In this document: positions 1 to 8,863 of the stretch, in pieces
How the letters are laid out: every line of letters starts with the position of its first letter
How positions within the stretch are numbered: the first letter of the stretch is position 1
Assembly (NCBI GenBank): GCA_902511425.1
Contig: CABXFE010000001.1
Coordinates: forward strand, 18,476-82,475
Length of the DNA: 64,000 bases
Source of the DNA: an uncultured SAR86 cluster bacterium
Lineage (GTDB): Bacteria > Pseudomonadota > Gammaproteobacteria > Magnimaribacterales > D2472
Direction: 5' to 3'
The notes under the pieces: model-generated
The model's database searches: none
What the model was told of the DNA's origin: nothing
What the model saw: the letters and a program-made list of their open reading frames with translations, nothing else
Translations under genes and position numbers: made by a program

Positions 1-92
1 GTTCCATCCGAATAACGCATGACCAAACTAAATACCACAAAAGCGGCAATCAAACCAAAAACACCCAATGCTGGGGCAATTAATATATTCAT
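1..92 (-). CDS. membrane protein, N-terminal fragment (gene runs off the window start); resembles the N-terminus of an H+-translocating pyrophosphatase
   Basis: ATG at 90-92 (minus) directly preceded by GGAGAGAAAGG (93-103, minus sense). Translation MNILIAPALGVFGLIAAFVVFSLVMRYSDG is a TM helix. Product guess is from memory of HppA N-termini only. Confidence 0.35.
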   Translation of the reverse strand, partial: MNILIAPALGVFGLIAAFVVFSLVMRYSDG

Positions 93-152
93 CCTTTCTC
101 TCCTATAAACAAGCGTTAGATTTTATCAAATAAAATTGAATTTAATTAGTAA

Positions 153-1415
153 TTAAGCCTTTGAATTGAAAATATTTTCATCCAATTGATTCTCTGTTTT
201 CGCAACTATACATGCAATTGCAGCATCACCGGTAACATTAACTGATGTTCTGATCATATCCAGCACTCTATCGACCGCAAGAATGATGCCAATTGCCTCA
301 AGTGGCAAATTGAATTGTTGCAAAATTATTATCAAAGTAATGGTTCCTGCGGATGGAACAGCTGCAGTTCCAATGGAAGTTGCGACCGCCAATAGCACAA
401 CTTGAATATATTGAAACAATGTTAGGTCAATACCAGACATTTGAGCAATAAATACTGTTGCTAAACCCTGCATAATTGCAGTTCCATCCATATTTATCGT
501 AGCACCAACAGGCACCACAAAAGAGGCAACATTTTGATTTACGCCTAAGTCTTGATTTACCGTTCTAAGAGTTACAGGAATTGTTGCTGCGCTTGATGAA
601 GTAGAAAATGCAAATAAAGCAACATCTTTCATCTTTCTATAAAAAGTTGATGGATTTAATCCTCCGATAAACTTTAAAAATATTGAGTATGTAAAAGCTG
701 CATGAAATAAAAGAAGGGCTATTAAGAGAACAACATATGCCAAAACGTCTTGGAAAATATCAAGACCATCAGCAATAACAAACTTTCCAATTAAACAAAA
801 AACTCCTAATGGAGCAAAGCTCATGATCATGACTATCAGCTGAAGAAATACTGTATTTAATTTTGCAAATGAGTCGCTGAAATTTCCTGTTAAATGATTT
901 GTTTTATTGAGAGCTAAACCAAAAATAATACTGAAGAATACAATTGCCAGCATCTGATTTTCAGCCATTGCCTGAATAATGTTTGAAGGAAAGATTCCAA
1001 CAATGGTTGAGTAAATTCCTTGCCCTTGAGGCAATGAACTTGGCGCAGCCATAGCCATATCAGATGAATAATTAGAGCCTGGTTGAAAGAAAGAACCAGC
1101 TATAAGTGCCAAAGAAACAGCAATGCCTGTAGTTAACAAATAAAAACCTACGGTTTTAAATGTAAGTTTCCCTAAAGACTGTGAGCTTCCAAGAGAGGAA
1201 ATGCCTGTTACCAAAGAAAAGAAAACCAAAGGCACAACCAATAACTTTAGTAGATTCATGAAAATATCTCCGCCCATCTTAAAGATATATTTTTCTACAA
1301 AAGCATCTACTGAACTTGGAAAGAAGTTTGTGTAAAACAGGAAAGCGCCAACAACAAAACCAAGAATCAGACCAACAAGTATGTTTCTGGTTAAGTTTTT
1401 CGGCGTATCAATCAT
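153..1415 (-). CDS. dicarboxylate/amino acid:cation symporter (DAACS, GltP/DctA-like)
   Basis: 420-aa polytopic ORF with family motifs SSSAATIPVT and NMDGTA. Confidence 0.85.
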   Translation of the reverse strand: MIDTPKNLTRNILVGLILGFVVGAFLFYTNFFPSSVDAFVEKYIFKMGGDIFMNLLKLLVVPLVFFSLVTGISSLGSSQSLGKLTFKTVGFYLLTTGIAVSLALIAGSFFQPGSNYSSDMAMAAPSSLPQGQGIYSTIVGIFPSNIIQAMAENQMLAIVFFSIIFGLALNKTNHLTGNFSDSFAKLNTVFLQLIVMIMSFAPLGVFCLIGKFVIADGLDIFQDVLAYVVLLIALLLFHAAFTYSIFLKFIGGLNPSTFYRKMKDVALFAFSTSSSAATIPVTLRTVNQDLGVNQNVASFVVPVGATINMDGTAIMQGLATVFIAQMSGIDLTLFQYIQVVLLAVATSIGTAAVPSAGTITLIIILQQFNLPLEAIGIILAVDRVLDMIRTSVNVTGDAAIACIVAKTENQLDENIFNSKA

Positions 1416-1585
1416 TAAATTTCTGTCATTTCAAAATCTTCTTTACCCACACCACAGTCAGGGCATAACCAATCGTCCGGAACATCATCCCAAGCAGTTC
1501 CTGGAGCAATACCATCATCAGGCCAACCCAGTTCTTCGTCATATATTAGTCCGCATACAATGCATTCCCATTTTTTATATTCCAT
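1415..1585 (-). CDS. rubredoxin (56 aa)
   Basis: Hand translation of the minus strand: [56 protein letters not shown]. It has the two canonical CxxCG knuckles. Absent from the ORF track because it is under 60 aa. Its TAA stop overlaps the transporter ATG (TAATG). Confidence 0.9.
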   Translation of the reverse strand: MEYKKWECIVCGLIYDEELGWPDDGIAPGTAWDDVPDDWLCPDCGVGKEDFEMTEI

Positions 1586-1672
1586 TTTATCTCTCTTAGT
1601 TTTTCTGACTTAAAAAGTCTCATTTAATGAAAATTAAGCAGGCTATAATATCAGATTTTAGAGATCTAATTC

Positions 1673-2164
1673 ATGCAAGCAAAAAGAATTAATAATTGGC
1701 TAAATGCCACAGAGTTAAAAAGCTCTTTAAAAGATCAAAATATTTTAGATTGGTTGAATGAAGATGGTTCAATTACTGCAAGGATTTCATCTAAGGCTAA
1801 ATTCAAACTTGAGGTCTTAAATGATGATATAGGCATGGCTGAGGATGAGGAGTATGTTGCACTGAACATAACCTCAGAAGACGTTCGTATTAGAGAGGTA
1901 ATTTTATATGGAGATCTAGTGCCCCTTGTTTATGCTAGAAGCATTATCCCAAACCTAACTGCGTCGAGAGGCTATCCAGGGTTGGGATCAATTGGATCAA
2001 AACCGCTTGGTGATTTGCTCTTTCAAAGCAACCTATTTATTAAAACACATCGAGAGTTTGCTCAATTTAAAGTTGATTCTGAAGACTTAATTTGGGGAAG
2101 AAGGACTCGATACCTTGTCAAAGGATATCCATTAAGTGTTATGGAGATATTTTTGTTGCCATGA
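1673..2164 (+). CDS. ubiC: chorismate pyruvate-lyase
   Basis: 163 aa. C-terminal similarity to E. coli UbiC (PLG..LF, WGRRTR, EIFLLP). Directly followed by ubiA. Confidence 0.8.
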   Translation: MQAKRINNWLNATELKSSLKDQNILDWLNEDGSITARISSKAKFKLEVLNDDIGMAEDEEYVALNITSEDVRIREVILYGDLVPLVYARSIIPNLTASRGYPGLGSIGSKPLGDLLFQSNLFIKTHREFAQFKVDSEDLIWGRRTRYLVKGYPLSVMEIFLLP

Positions 2165-3003
2165 ATAAGACACTTGCCATTTTCGAATTGATGCGATTTG
2201 ACAAGCCAATAGGTATATACCTTTTGCTTTGGCCAGCATTATTAGCGCTAGTGATCAGCACAAATGGCGATTTTAAATACTCTCACATATTAATTGTTAT
2301 TATTGGAAGTATCTTAGTGCGATCAGCAGGCTGTGTAATCAATGACATTTGGGATAAAGACCTTGATGGAGATGTAGAGAGAACAAAAACTAGGCCGATA
2401 CCCAGCAAGAAGCTCTCAATATTTGAAAGTTGGGCTGTTTTTGGGGCGCTTGGCTTGTTTAGCCTAATGTTACTTAGCTTAACAAATACAAATACAATTT
2501 TGATAAGTCTCTGCTTTGGATTCATGATAGTTTTATACCCTCTGACAAAGAGATTCTTTATTGGTCCTCAAATTTTTCTCGGCCTTACTTTTAACCCAAC
2601 AATTATTGTTTACGCTATGACAAATGAGTTGAATAACCCAACGATGATTTTTCTCTATCTTGCAGTCGCTGCAAAAACTATCGCCTTCGACTCCTTCTAT
2701 GGATTGTGTGACATAGAAGATGACAAAAAATTAGGCATCAATTCGACTCCATTATGGTGGGGATCAAAAACTTTATTGATAATTGCAATCATACAATTTA
2801 CTGTCATTAGCTTTTTAATGGTCGTAGGATTTAAAGCAGAACTTTCATCTGCTTGGTACATAGGAATAATTTTATTAAGTGGTTTTTATTTTTATCAGCA
2901 TCGGCTTGCTTCGCAAAAAGATTTTTTGCTTGCTTTTAAAAATAATCATTGGGCATCTTTATATTTACTCTTCCTCTCAATATTTTGTTTTCTGATAATC
3001 TAG
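2161..3003 (+). CDS. ubiA: 4-hydroxybenzoate polyprenyltransferase
   Basis: UbiA-family membrane protein with NDxxDxxxD motif (INDIWDKDLDGDVERT). Start moved to ATG 2161, which forms an ATGA overlap with the ubiC stop. The track start at 2092 lies inside ubiC. Confidence 0.85.
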   Translation: MNKTLAIFELMRFDKPIGIYLLLWPALLALVISTNGDFKYSHILIVIIGSILVRSAGCVINDIWDKDLDGDVERTKTRPIPSKKLSIFESWAVFGALGLFSLMLLSLTNTNTILISLCFGFMIVLYPLTKRFFIGPQIFLGLTFNPTIIVYAMTNELNNPTMIFLYLAVAAKTIAFDSFYGLCDIEDDKKLGINSTPLWWGSKTLLIIAIIQFTVISFLMVVGFKAELSSAWYIGIILLSGFYFYQHRLASQKDFLLAFKNNHWASLYLLFLSIFCFLII

Positions 3004-3007
3004 TTTC

Positions 3008-4132
3008 ATGTCATCTGAAATCAAAAAAATTGATTTGCAAGAAAAGCTTTATTCAATAAAAGCAAATAATCCCTTTGAGGATTTTTTATATTTGCGAGCA
3101 ATGGAGCAAAGTAATTCTGCATCAGAAAAATCTGGCTGGATTCCAGATCATCTAGGTGAGATAAAAAATAAAAAATTAATAAGCTTTCTACCTTTATATA
3201 AAAAATTTAATAGCTATGGGGAATTCATTTTTGATCATCAGTGGGCGAATGCATTGAATAGAGCTGGCAGAAATTATTATCCAAAATTACTAACAGCAAT
3301 TCCTTTCACCCCTTGTGAAGGAGACAGAATTTTAGGCAAAGATAAAAAATCAAAATTTAATCTTATTGATGCAGCTATTAAAAAAATGGAAACAGAGGAA
3401 ATAGAATCCTGGCATATTCTTTTTCCTAATGAATCAGGCAAGAGTGTCCTAAAAGAGAGAAATTTTATTGAAAGATATAACTATAGGTTTACTTGGAAAA
3501 ATGAAAATTTTTCTGATTTTGATAGTTTTCTATCTATATTTACTTCTCGACAAAGAGCAACTATTAGGAAAGAACGAAAAAGTATTTCCAAGTTAGGCAT
3601 TGAATTTAAATGCAAAAAACACAATGAAATTAATGCAGAAGATTGGGATTTATTTTATGTATTTTATCAGAAAACCTATTATGAAAGAGCTCAAAACCCT
3701 TACCTTAATAAAGAATTTTTTAAGTTAATTAATACCGCAAATCAATTAGTTAAACCAGTTTTATTCTTTGCTGAAATTGAAGGAGAGCCGATTGGTGCAT
3801 CATTGTGTTTCGAGGGTGAAGATACCTTATATGGAAGACATTGGGGGGCAACATCAAAAGTAAAAAACCTACACTTCGAATGCTGTTACTATCAAGGTAT
3901 AGAATATTGCATTAAGAATAATCTCAAATTTTTTGATCCAGGGGTTCAGGGAGAGCATAAAATCAGGAGAGGCTTTCAACCACACTTAAGCTCATCATTT
4001 CATTATTTTTTAAAAGAGGATTTTGGGCAAGCGGTAAGTGATTTTTGCAAATCAGAAAGGGTTCAAATTAAAAATTATATTGAGGCATGCAAATCCTATA
4101 CACCGTTTAATAATGATTATAAGATCAAATAA
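3008..4132 (+). CDS. GNAT/FemAB-like acyltransferase-fold protein (COG3146/DUF482-like)
   Basis: 374-aa ORF. The C-terminal YYQGIEYCI...FDPGVQGEHKIRRGF resembles this family from memory. Confidence 0.5.
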   Translation: MSSEIKKIDLQEKLYSIKANNPFEDFLYLRAMEQSNSASEKSGWIPDHLGEIKNKKLISFLPLYKKFNSYGEFIFDHQWANALNRAGRNYYPKLLTAIPFTPCEGDRILGKDKKSKFNLIDAAIKKMETEEIESWHILFPNESGKSVLKERNFIERYNYRFTWKNENFSDFDSFLSIFTSRQRATIRKERKSISKLGIEFKCKKHNEINAEDWDLFYVFYQKTYYERAQNPYLNKEFFKLINTANQLVKPVLFFAEIEGEPIGASLCFEGEDTLYGRHWGATSKVKNLHFECCYYQGIEYCIKNNLKFFDPGVQGEHKIRRGFQPHLSSSFHYFLKEDFGQAVSDFCKSERVQIKNYIEACKSYTPFNNDYKIK

Positions 4133-4564
4133 ATGTATAAAAGTTTAAAAACAAAAAATCATTTAACGACTTGCAGTGCAAATTTTTCAAGGCTGAGAAA
4201 AATTTTATGTAATTTTGAAAATGATACTTATACATTTGAAATTTTAAACAACGAACAAAAAAATAGGGCTGAATTTTTGGTAATCTCCAGAACTCCACAT
4301 ACTCTTATGATCGAAGCAAAATTTAAAAATAAAGATGTAACCTTGGTAAATTTTTTGCTTAGAATAAATATTTATATTGATGCAAAGTTAGCAGAGGTAA
4401 TTTCTTACCAACAAGAAAAACCTGTTCCATTTTTTATCCCCTCTCCATTCTCACAATCACAAGATGAAAAATATCAACAAAATAGAATCCTAACCGAGTG
4501 GCTTGAAAATATTTTTTTAAATGGAGCGGTTGAAGCAAAAGAAATAAATTTTTTAAATGATTAA
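4133..4564 (+). CDS. DUF1249 family protein (YqiB-like)
   Basis: 143 aa. Aligns by eye to E. coli YqiB (C..NF..LR..L; AKLAEVISYQQ; EK.Q.N..L..WL). Followed by yqiA as in enterobacteria. Confidence 0.65.
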   Translation: MYKSLKTKNHLTTCSANFSRLRKILCNFENDTYTFEILNNEQKNRAEFLVISRTPHTLMIEAKFKNKDVTLVNFLLRINIYIDAKLAEVISYQQEKPVPFFIPSPFSQSQDEKYQQNRILTEWLENIFLNGAVEAKEINFLND

Positions 4565-4660
4565 ACTTTAAATAGAATTCTAACTAAGTAATTTAAAAAC
4601 ATATTTTTTAATTTAAAATTTGAAGCAAAAGAAATAAATTATTTATATGACTAAAATTTT
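4481..4660 (+). repeat. two tandem 90-bp units (4481-4570 and 4571-4660), about 77% identical
   Basis: Ungapped hand alignment gives 69/90 matches. Unit 1 carries the last 28 codons of the DUF1249 gene. Unit 2 is the intergenic spacer plus the yqiA start. Confidence 0.85.
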
Positions 4661-5219
4661 ATATCTTCATGGATTTGCATCCTCTGCTGATTCAACAAAG
4701 GCAAAAGTAATTGAGTCTTTTGTTAAAAAAAATACTAGTTCAACTAAAATCTTAATTCCTAATTTGGATAATAATATTAAACGTGCTTATCAGCAGATTG
4801 AAGAAATAATAAAAACAGAATCTCCCTCCTCAATTATTGGGAGTTCCTTGGGTGGTTTTTTTGGAATATATTTCGCAGAAAAATATGATCTTTTATGTGT
4901 GAATATAAATCCTGCGATTCCCCCAATTGATATGTCTGAATATCTTGGTGAAAATCAAAACTACTCAACTGGAGAAAAGTTTGTTATTGATCAAGATCAG
5001 CTCGACTGGTTAGGCTTAATGAATAAAAAAATTAAGAACTTAAAAAAACACAAAAATTTCATGACTTTGGTTCAGTCAGGAGATGAAGTTCTTGATTATA
5101 AGCTCGCTATTGAGTACTTTTCCGGTAGTCAGATTGACATTACATTTGGAGGAGATCATTCATTTGAAGATTTCGAGTCTCATATTCAAAAAATACAAAA
5201 TTTTCTAAATATGCACTAG
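4647..5219 (+). CDS. yqiA: YqiA-family esterase (alpha/beta hydrolase)
   Basis: N-terminus MTKILYLHGFASS and nucleophile elbow GSSLGG; 190 aa. Confidence 0.75.
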   Translation: MTKILYLHGFASSADSTKAKVIESFVKKNTSSTKILIPNLDNNIKRAYQQIEEIIKTESPSSIIGSSLGGFFGIYFAEKYDLLCVNINPAIPPIDMSEYLGENQNYSTGEKFVIDQDQLDWLGLMNKKIKNLKKHKNFMTLVQSGDEVLDYKLAIEYFSGSQIDITFGGDHSFEDFESHIQKIQNFLNMH

Positions 5220-5228
5220 AAAAGTGCA
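5212..5228. promoter_or_regulatory. NtrC-type enhancer site 1 (TGCACTA-GAA-AAGTGCA)
   Basis: TGCAC-N7-GTGCA dyad matching the NtrC consensus TGCACCA-N3-TGGTGCA. It overlaps the yqiA stop codon. Confidence 0.6.
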
Positions 5229-5263
5229 TATTTTTATTACTTGCCCTATAATTAACCACAAAT

Positions 5264-5280
5264 TGCACATATTATGTGCA
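5264..5280. promoter_or_regulatory. NtrC-type enhancer site 2 (TGCACAT-ATT-ATGTGCA, perfect 7-3-7 palindrome)
   Basis: Perfect dyad of the NtrC type. Its centre is 52 bp from site 1 and only about 17 bp upstream of the -24 GG. Confidence 0.65.
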
Positions 5281-5287
5281 AATATAT

Positions 5288-5303
5288 TGGCATAGATGTT
5301 GCA
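5288..5303 (+). promoter_or_regulatory. sigma54 (-24/-12) promoter of glnII: TGGCAT-AGATG-TTGCA
   Basis: GG (5289-5290) and GC (5301-5302) are separated by exactly 10 nt. An AGGAG SD and ATG 5344 lie downstream. Confidence 0.75.
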
Positions 5304-5343
5304 TCTTTAATAATAAGTATTTTAAATTTTTAGGAGAAATAGA

Positions 5344-6324
5344 ATGTCAAAATATACAACTTATGAATACATATGGCTTGATGGATATCAGCCAGAACCT
5401 TCAATGAGAAGCAAGGTTAAAGCAACTGATGCAAGCACGCCTCCAGATTGGTCATTTGATGGATCATCAACTCAACAAGCTGAAGGTGGGAGTTCAGACT
5501 GTTTGCTCCTACCAGTTCAAACATACGAAAACCCTCATGGTCATGATTTGGTTATGACGCAAGTTCAATCGGCTGATCACACCACTCATCCAACTAACTT
5601 TCGCGCTGCAGCTGAAGAAGTTGTAACGGATGAATGGTGGTTTGGATTTGAACAAGAGTTTTTCTTTACAGACCCAGAAACTGGAGAACCTCTTGGTTGG
5701 GAAAATGGTGAGCCGAGAGCACAAGGAGATTTTTATTGTGGTGTAGGTGCTGGAAATGTAGTTGGCAGAGAGATATCAGATCATCATCTTCAAGCTTGTT
5801 TAGACCTAGGAATTACACTCACAGGAACTAATGCTGAAGTTGCATTAGGGCAATGGGAATATCAATGTCTTGGCAAAGGCATTAAAGCAGCAGACGATCT
5901 ATGGGTAAGCAGATACATGCTTTATAAGATTGCTGAAGAGTATGGTGTGGGAGTAAATATTCATCCAAAACCTAAAACTGGAGATTGGAACGGATCTGGT
6001 ATGCATACCAATTTCTCAAATGAAGAGATGAGATCTCGAGGGTCAGAGGAATTATTTTCGTCTATGTGTGACAAGCTTGGTGAAGTTCATCAAGAAGGGA
6101 TTGCAGCTTATGGCTCTGATAATGACATGAGATTGACTGGTCTTCATGAAACACAAAGCATTGATCAATTCTCTTATGGAGTAAGTGACCGTGGAGCAAG
6201 TATAAGAATCCCGGTGTATACAGTCGAGCATAACTGGAATGGCTATCTAGAGGACAGAAGACCAGCCTCTAATGCAGACCCATATAAAATCCTAGCTCAT
6301 ATTGTTGGAACTTTAACTAAATAA
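5344..6324 (+). CDS. glnII: glutamine synthetase, type II (eukaryote-like GlnII)
   Basis: 326 aa. Aligns along its length with rhizobial GlnII as remembered (EYIWLDG, FDGSSTQQAEG.SSDC, WFGFEQE.FF, NAEVA.GQWE.Q, DWNGSGMH.NFS, RLTG.HET, DRGASIR.P, YLEDRRP). Confidence 0.9.
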   Translation: MSKYTTYEYIWLDGYQPEPSMRSKVKATDASTPPDWSFDGSSTQQAEGGSSDCLLLPVQTYENPHGHDLVMTQVQSADHTTHPTNFRAAAEEVVTDEWWFGFEQEFFFTDPETGEPLGWENGEPRAQGDFYCGVGAGNVVGREISDHHLQACLDLGITLTGTNAEVALGQWEYQCLGKGIKAADDLWVSRYMLYKIAEEYGVGVNIHPKPKTGDWNGSGMHTNFSNEEMRSRGSEELFSSMCDKLGEVHQEGIAAYGSDNDMRLTGLHETQSIDQFSYGVSDRGASIRIPVYTVEHNWNGYLEDRRPASNADPYKILAHIVGTLTK

Positions 6325-6362
6325 ACTAGAGATTGAATAACTCTTATACCGAGCAATTTAAA

Positions 6363-6393
6363 AAGCCCTCCTTAAAAGAGGGCTTCATTCTTT
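6363..6393 (+). terminator. rho-independent terminator/attenuator after glnII
   Basis: Perfect 8-bp stem AAGCCCTC/GAGGGCTT with a 7-nt loop, followed by a T-rich tract. Confidence 0.7.
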
Positions 6394-6405
6394 AAAGTTT
6401 GTTTT

Positions 6406-7494
6406 ATGGATTACTCACAATTTAAAGCATTTGATAACCTAAATACTGAAATCATTATTTTGGATGGAGATGATTTCAAGCTACTCTGGATTAATGACGC
6501 CGCAAAAGCCGCAAACTGGATTGGCGATTCTTCAAAATTTGAAGACAAATCAATTTCATCATTACTAAATGAAGAAACAGGATCTCAGATCAATGAAATT
6601 CTACAAAAAACTAGAGAGAATTCTGGATCTGTAACTAGAAGGGATTTTGAGATTGTTCATCAATCCGGCACTGTGAGAACGATTGATCTAACCATCACTT
6701 TTGCGGAGAAAAAGAATCTTATTTTTATAGAAGCGGTAAACATTGATAATCTAAATAAAATCATTGATTCCACAAGAAGTTTCTCAACGCAAAAAATTGC
6801 AGCTGGTTTAGCCAGAACCTTAGCTCACGAAGTTAAAAATCCCCTATCAGGTATTAAAGGTAGTGCGCAAATTTTAAAGTCAAAATATGTTGATGATTTT
6901 TCAAAAAAATTCTTAAAAATAATTGAAGAAGAAACAGATAGATTAAACGAGATTGTTACCAGAATATTAACTCCAGCCAAAAAACCAACCTTTGAATATT
7001 TTAACCTTCATGAATCTTTGCAAAGAGTATTAGCATTAAGTAATGCAGAATCTCAAGAAAACTTAACAATAGATAGAGATTATGATCCAAGCATTCCGGA
7101 AATTTACGGAGATAAAAATTTGTTTATCCAGGCTTTGATTAACATTACTCAGAATGCAGTTCATGCGTGCACAAATTTTGCTGAAAAACCCTGTCTTGGC
7201 ATTCAAACTAAAATCTCTTATCGGCAACCCATTAATGGAACAGTTCATAGCACTTTAGCTGAAATCATTGTTAAAGATAATGGTCCTGGTATTAGTCCAG
7301 AAATTAAAGATCAAATTTTCTTTCCAATGATATCGGGCAAAGAAAATGGTTCAGGCATCGGTCTATCTATTTCACAAGATATCGTCCGAATCCACGGGGG
7401 TGCAATATCATTTGATCGAAAAGATGATCAAACAATGTTTTCGATTTTAATACCTATTTCAAGCAGCAATATTAATGGAGTTAAGAGTGCCTAA
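6406..7494 (+). CDS. ntrB: nitrogen regulation sensor histidine kinase NtrB
   Basis: H-box LAHEVKNPL, then N and G boxes (NAVHA, DNGPGI, GSGIGL). Sits between a GS gene and ntrC. Confidence 0.85.
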   Translation: MDYSQFKAFDNLNTEIIILDGDDFKLLWINDAAKAANWIGDSSKFEDKSISSLLNEETGSQINEILQKTRENSGSVTRRDFEIVHQSGTVRTIDLTITFAEKKNLIFIEAVNIDNLNKIIDSTRSFSTQKIAAGLARTLAHEVKNPLSGIKGSAQILKSKYVDDFSKKFLKIIEEETDRLNEIVTRILTPAKKPTFEYFNLHESLQRVLALSNAESQENLTIDRDYDPSIPEIYGDKNLFIQALINITQNAVHACTNFAEKPCLGIQTKISYRQPINGTVHSTLAEIIVKDNGPGISPEIKDQIFFPMISGKENGSGIGLSISQDIVRIHGGAISFDRKDDQTMFSILIPISSSNINGVKSA

Positions 7495-8863
7495 AATATG
7501 GATCGCTGATGATGATGAGGCTATTCGCATGGTTCTTGAGGAGGGCCTAAAGAGTGCTGGCCTTGAAATCGTTACTTTTGCTGATGGGGAGTCATTAATT
7601 GATTCATTAAATGACGATAAACCAGACCTTATAATTTCAGATATAAAAATGCCAGGCATGCATGGCTATGATCTTCTAAAACATATCAAGAATAATTATG
7701 ACAAATTACCAGTAATAATTATGACTGCTTTTACAGATATGCAAGCTGCAATTGATTCTTATGGGGGCGGTGCTTTTGAATATATTCCCAAACCTTTTGA
7801 TTTAGAAGAAGCTATTATTACGGTAAAAAAAGCTCTAGAGGAACACAAAGAAGCTAAACCAAAAAAAGTCTCTAAATCAGAAATCATTGGATCAGCACCT
7901 TCAATGCAAATTGTCTTTAGATCAATTGGGAAGCTGGCTAATACAAATGCCACTGTTCTTATCCAAGGAGAATCTGGAACTGGTAAAGAACTCGTATCCA
8001 AGTCATTGCATAAAAATAGCCCAAGGCATGATATGCCATTTATAGCCTTAAATATGGCTGATATTCCCAAAGAACTTATTGAATCAGAACTTTTTGGACA
8101 TGAAAAAGGAGCCTTCACTGGTGCTGTTGAGCAAAGAATTGGTAGGTTCGAGCAAGCAAATGGCGGTACATTATTTCTTGATGAGATTGGAGATATGCCT
8201 CTTGAGACTCAAACACGTTTGTTGCGAGTGTTATCAAATAAAGAATTTTTTCGAGTTGGTGGCGATAAACCAATCAAAGTGGATGTTCGAATTTTAGCTG
8301 CCACTCACCAAAGCTTAGAATCATTGGTTGCTGCTGGTAACTTTAGAGAGGATCTATACTACAGGCTGAATGTGATTAGGGTCGATGTGCCGCCTCTTAG
8401 GCAAAGAAAAGAAGATATTGGCGACTTATCCTCTGCTTTTTTGAAAAGACATGCAGATTCCTTATTGGATGAGCCAAAAACGCTTTCTCCAGAGGCCCTC
8501 TTAGCTTTAACTCAATATGATTGGCCTGGAAATGTTAGACAATTAGAAAATACGTGTTATTGGATCGCTCTCATGGCGCCAACGCAGAATGTAGAATTAG
8601 CAGATTTGCCTAGCGAAATTATTAATAATGATCAATCACCGCTCACACAAGGAGATGACTGGCAAACAGGATTTTCTCAATGGCTTGGTGAGGTTTATCA
8701 AAGCAATTCTCAGAATATGCTTGAAATTATTGAACCTGCATTAGACAAAGTTTTGATTGATTTTGCTTTGGAAAAAACTGGCGGAAAAAAACAGGAAGCG
8801 GCAAAAGTTTTAGGCCTTGGTAGAAATACTCTGACAAAAAAAATAAAAGCGCAACAAACTTAG
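7475..8863 (+). CDS. ntrC: sigma54-dependent response regulator NtrC
   Basis: Receiver domain (DDDEAIR...D...K), AAA+ GESGTGKE and GAFTGA loop, C-terminal HTH. The start could instead be GTG 7487. Confidence 0.9.
   Translation: MELRVPKIWIADDDEAIRMVLEEGLKSAGLEIVTFADGESLIDSLNDDKPDLIISDIKMPGMHGYDLLKHIKNNYDKLPVIIMTAFTDMQAAIDSYGGGAFEYIPKPFDLEEAIITVKKALEEHKEAKPKKVSKSEIIGSAPSMQIVFRSIGKLANTNATVLIQGESGTGKELVSKSLHKNSPRHDMPFIALNMADIPKELIESELFGHEKGAFTGAVEQRIGRFEQANGGTLFLDEIGDMPLETQTRLLRVLSNKEFFRVGGDKPIKVDVRILAATHQSLESLVAAGNFREDLYYRLNVIRVDVPPLRQRKEDIGDLSSAFLKRHADSLLDEPKTLSPEALLALTQYDWPGNVRQLENTCYWIALMAPTQNVELADLPSEIINNDQSPLTQGDDWQTGFSQWLGEVYQSNSQNMLEIIEPALDKVLIDFALEKTGGKKQEAAKVLGLGRNTLTKKIKAQQT

Noticed and set aside
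1381-1599. 72-aa + strand ORF from the track
   Set aside because: Its translation is low-complexity with no recognisable motif. The opposite strand encodes a perfect rubredoxin across the same bases.
1607-1619. Short palindromes in intergenic DNA: GACTT-AAA-AAGTC (1607-1619), TAGCTTT-C-AAGGCTA (25658-25672), ATAACT-CAT-AGTTAT (60724-60738)
   Set aside because: The arms are only 5-7 bp in AT-rich sequence, with no second copy or associated regulator. They are not distinguishable from chance by eye.
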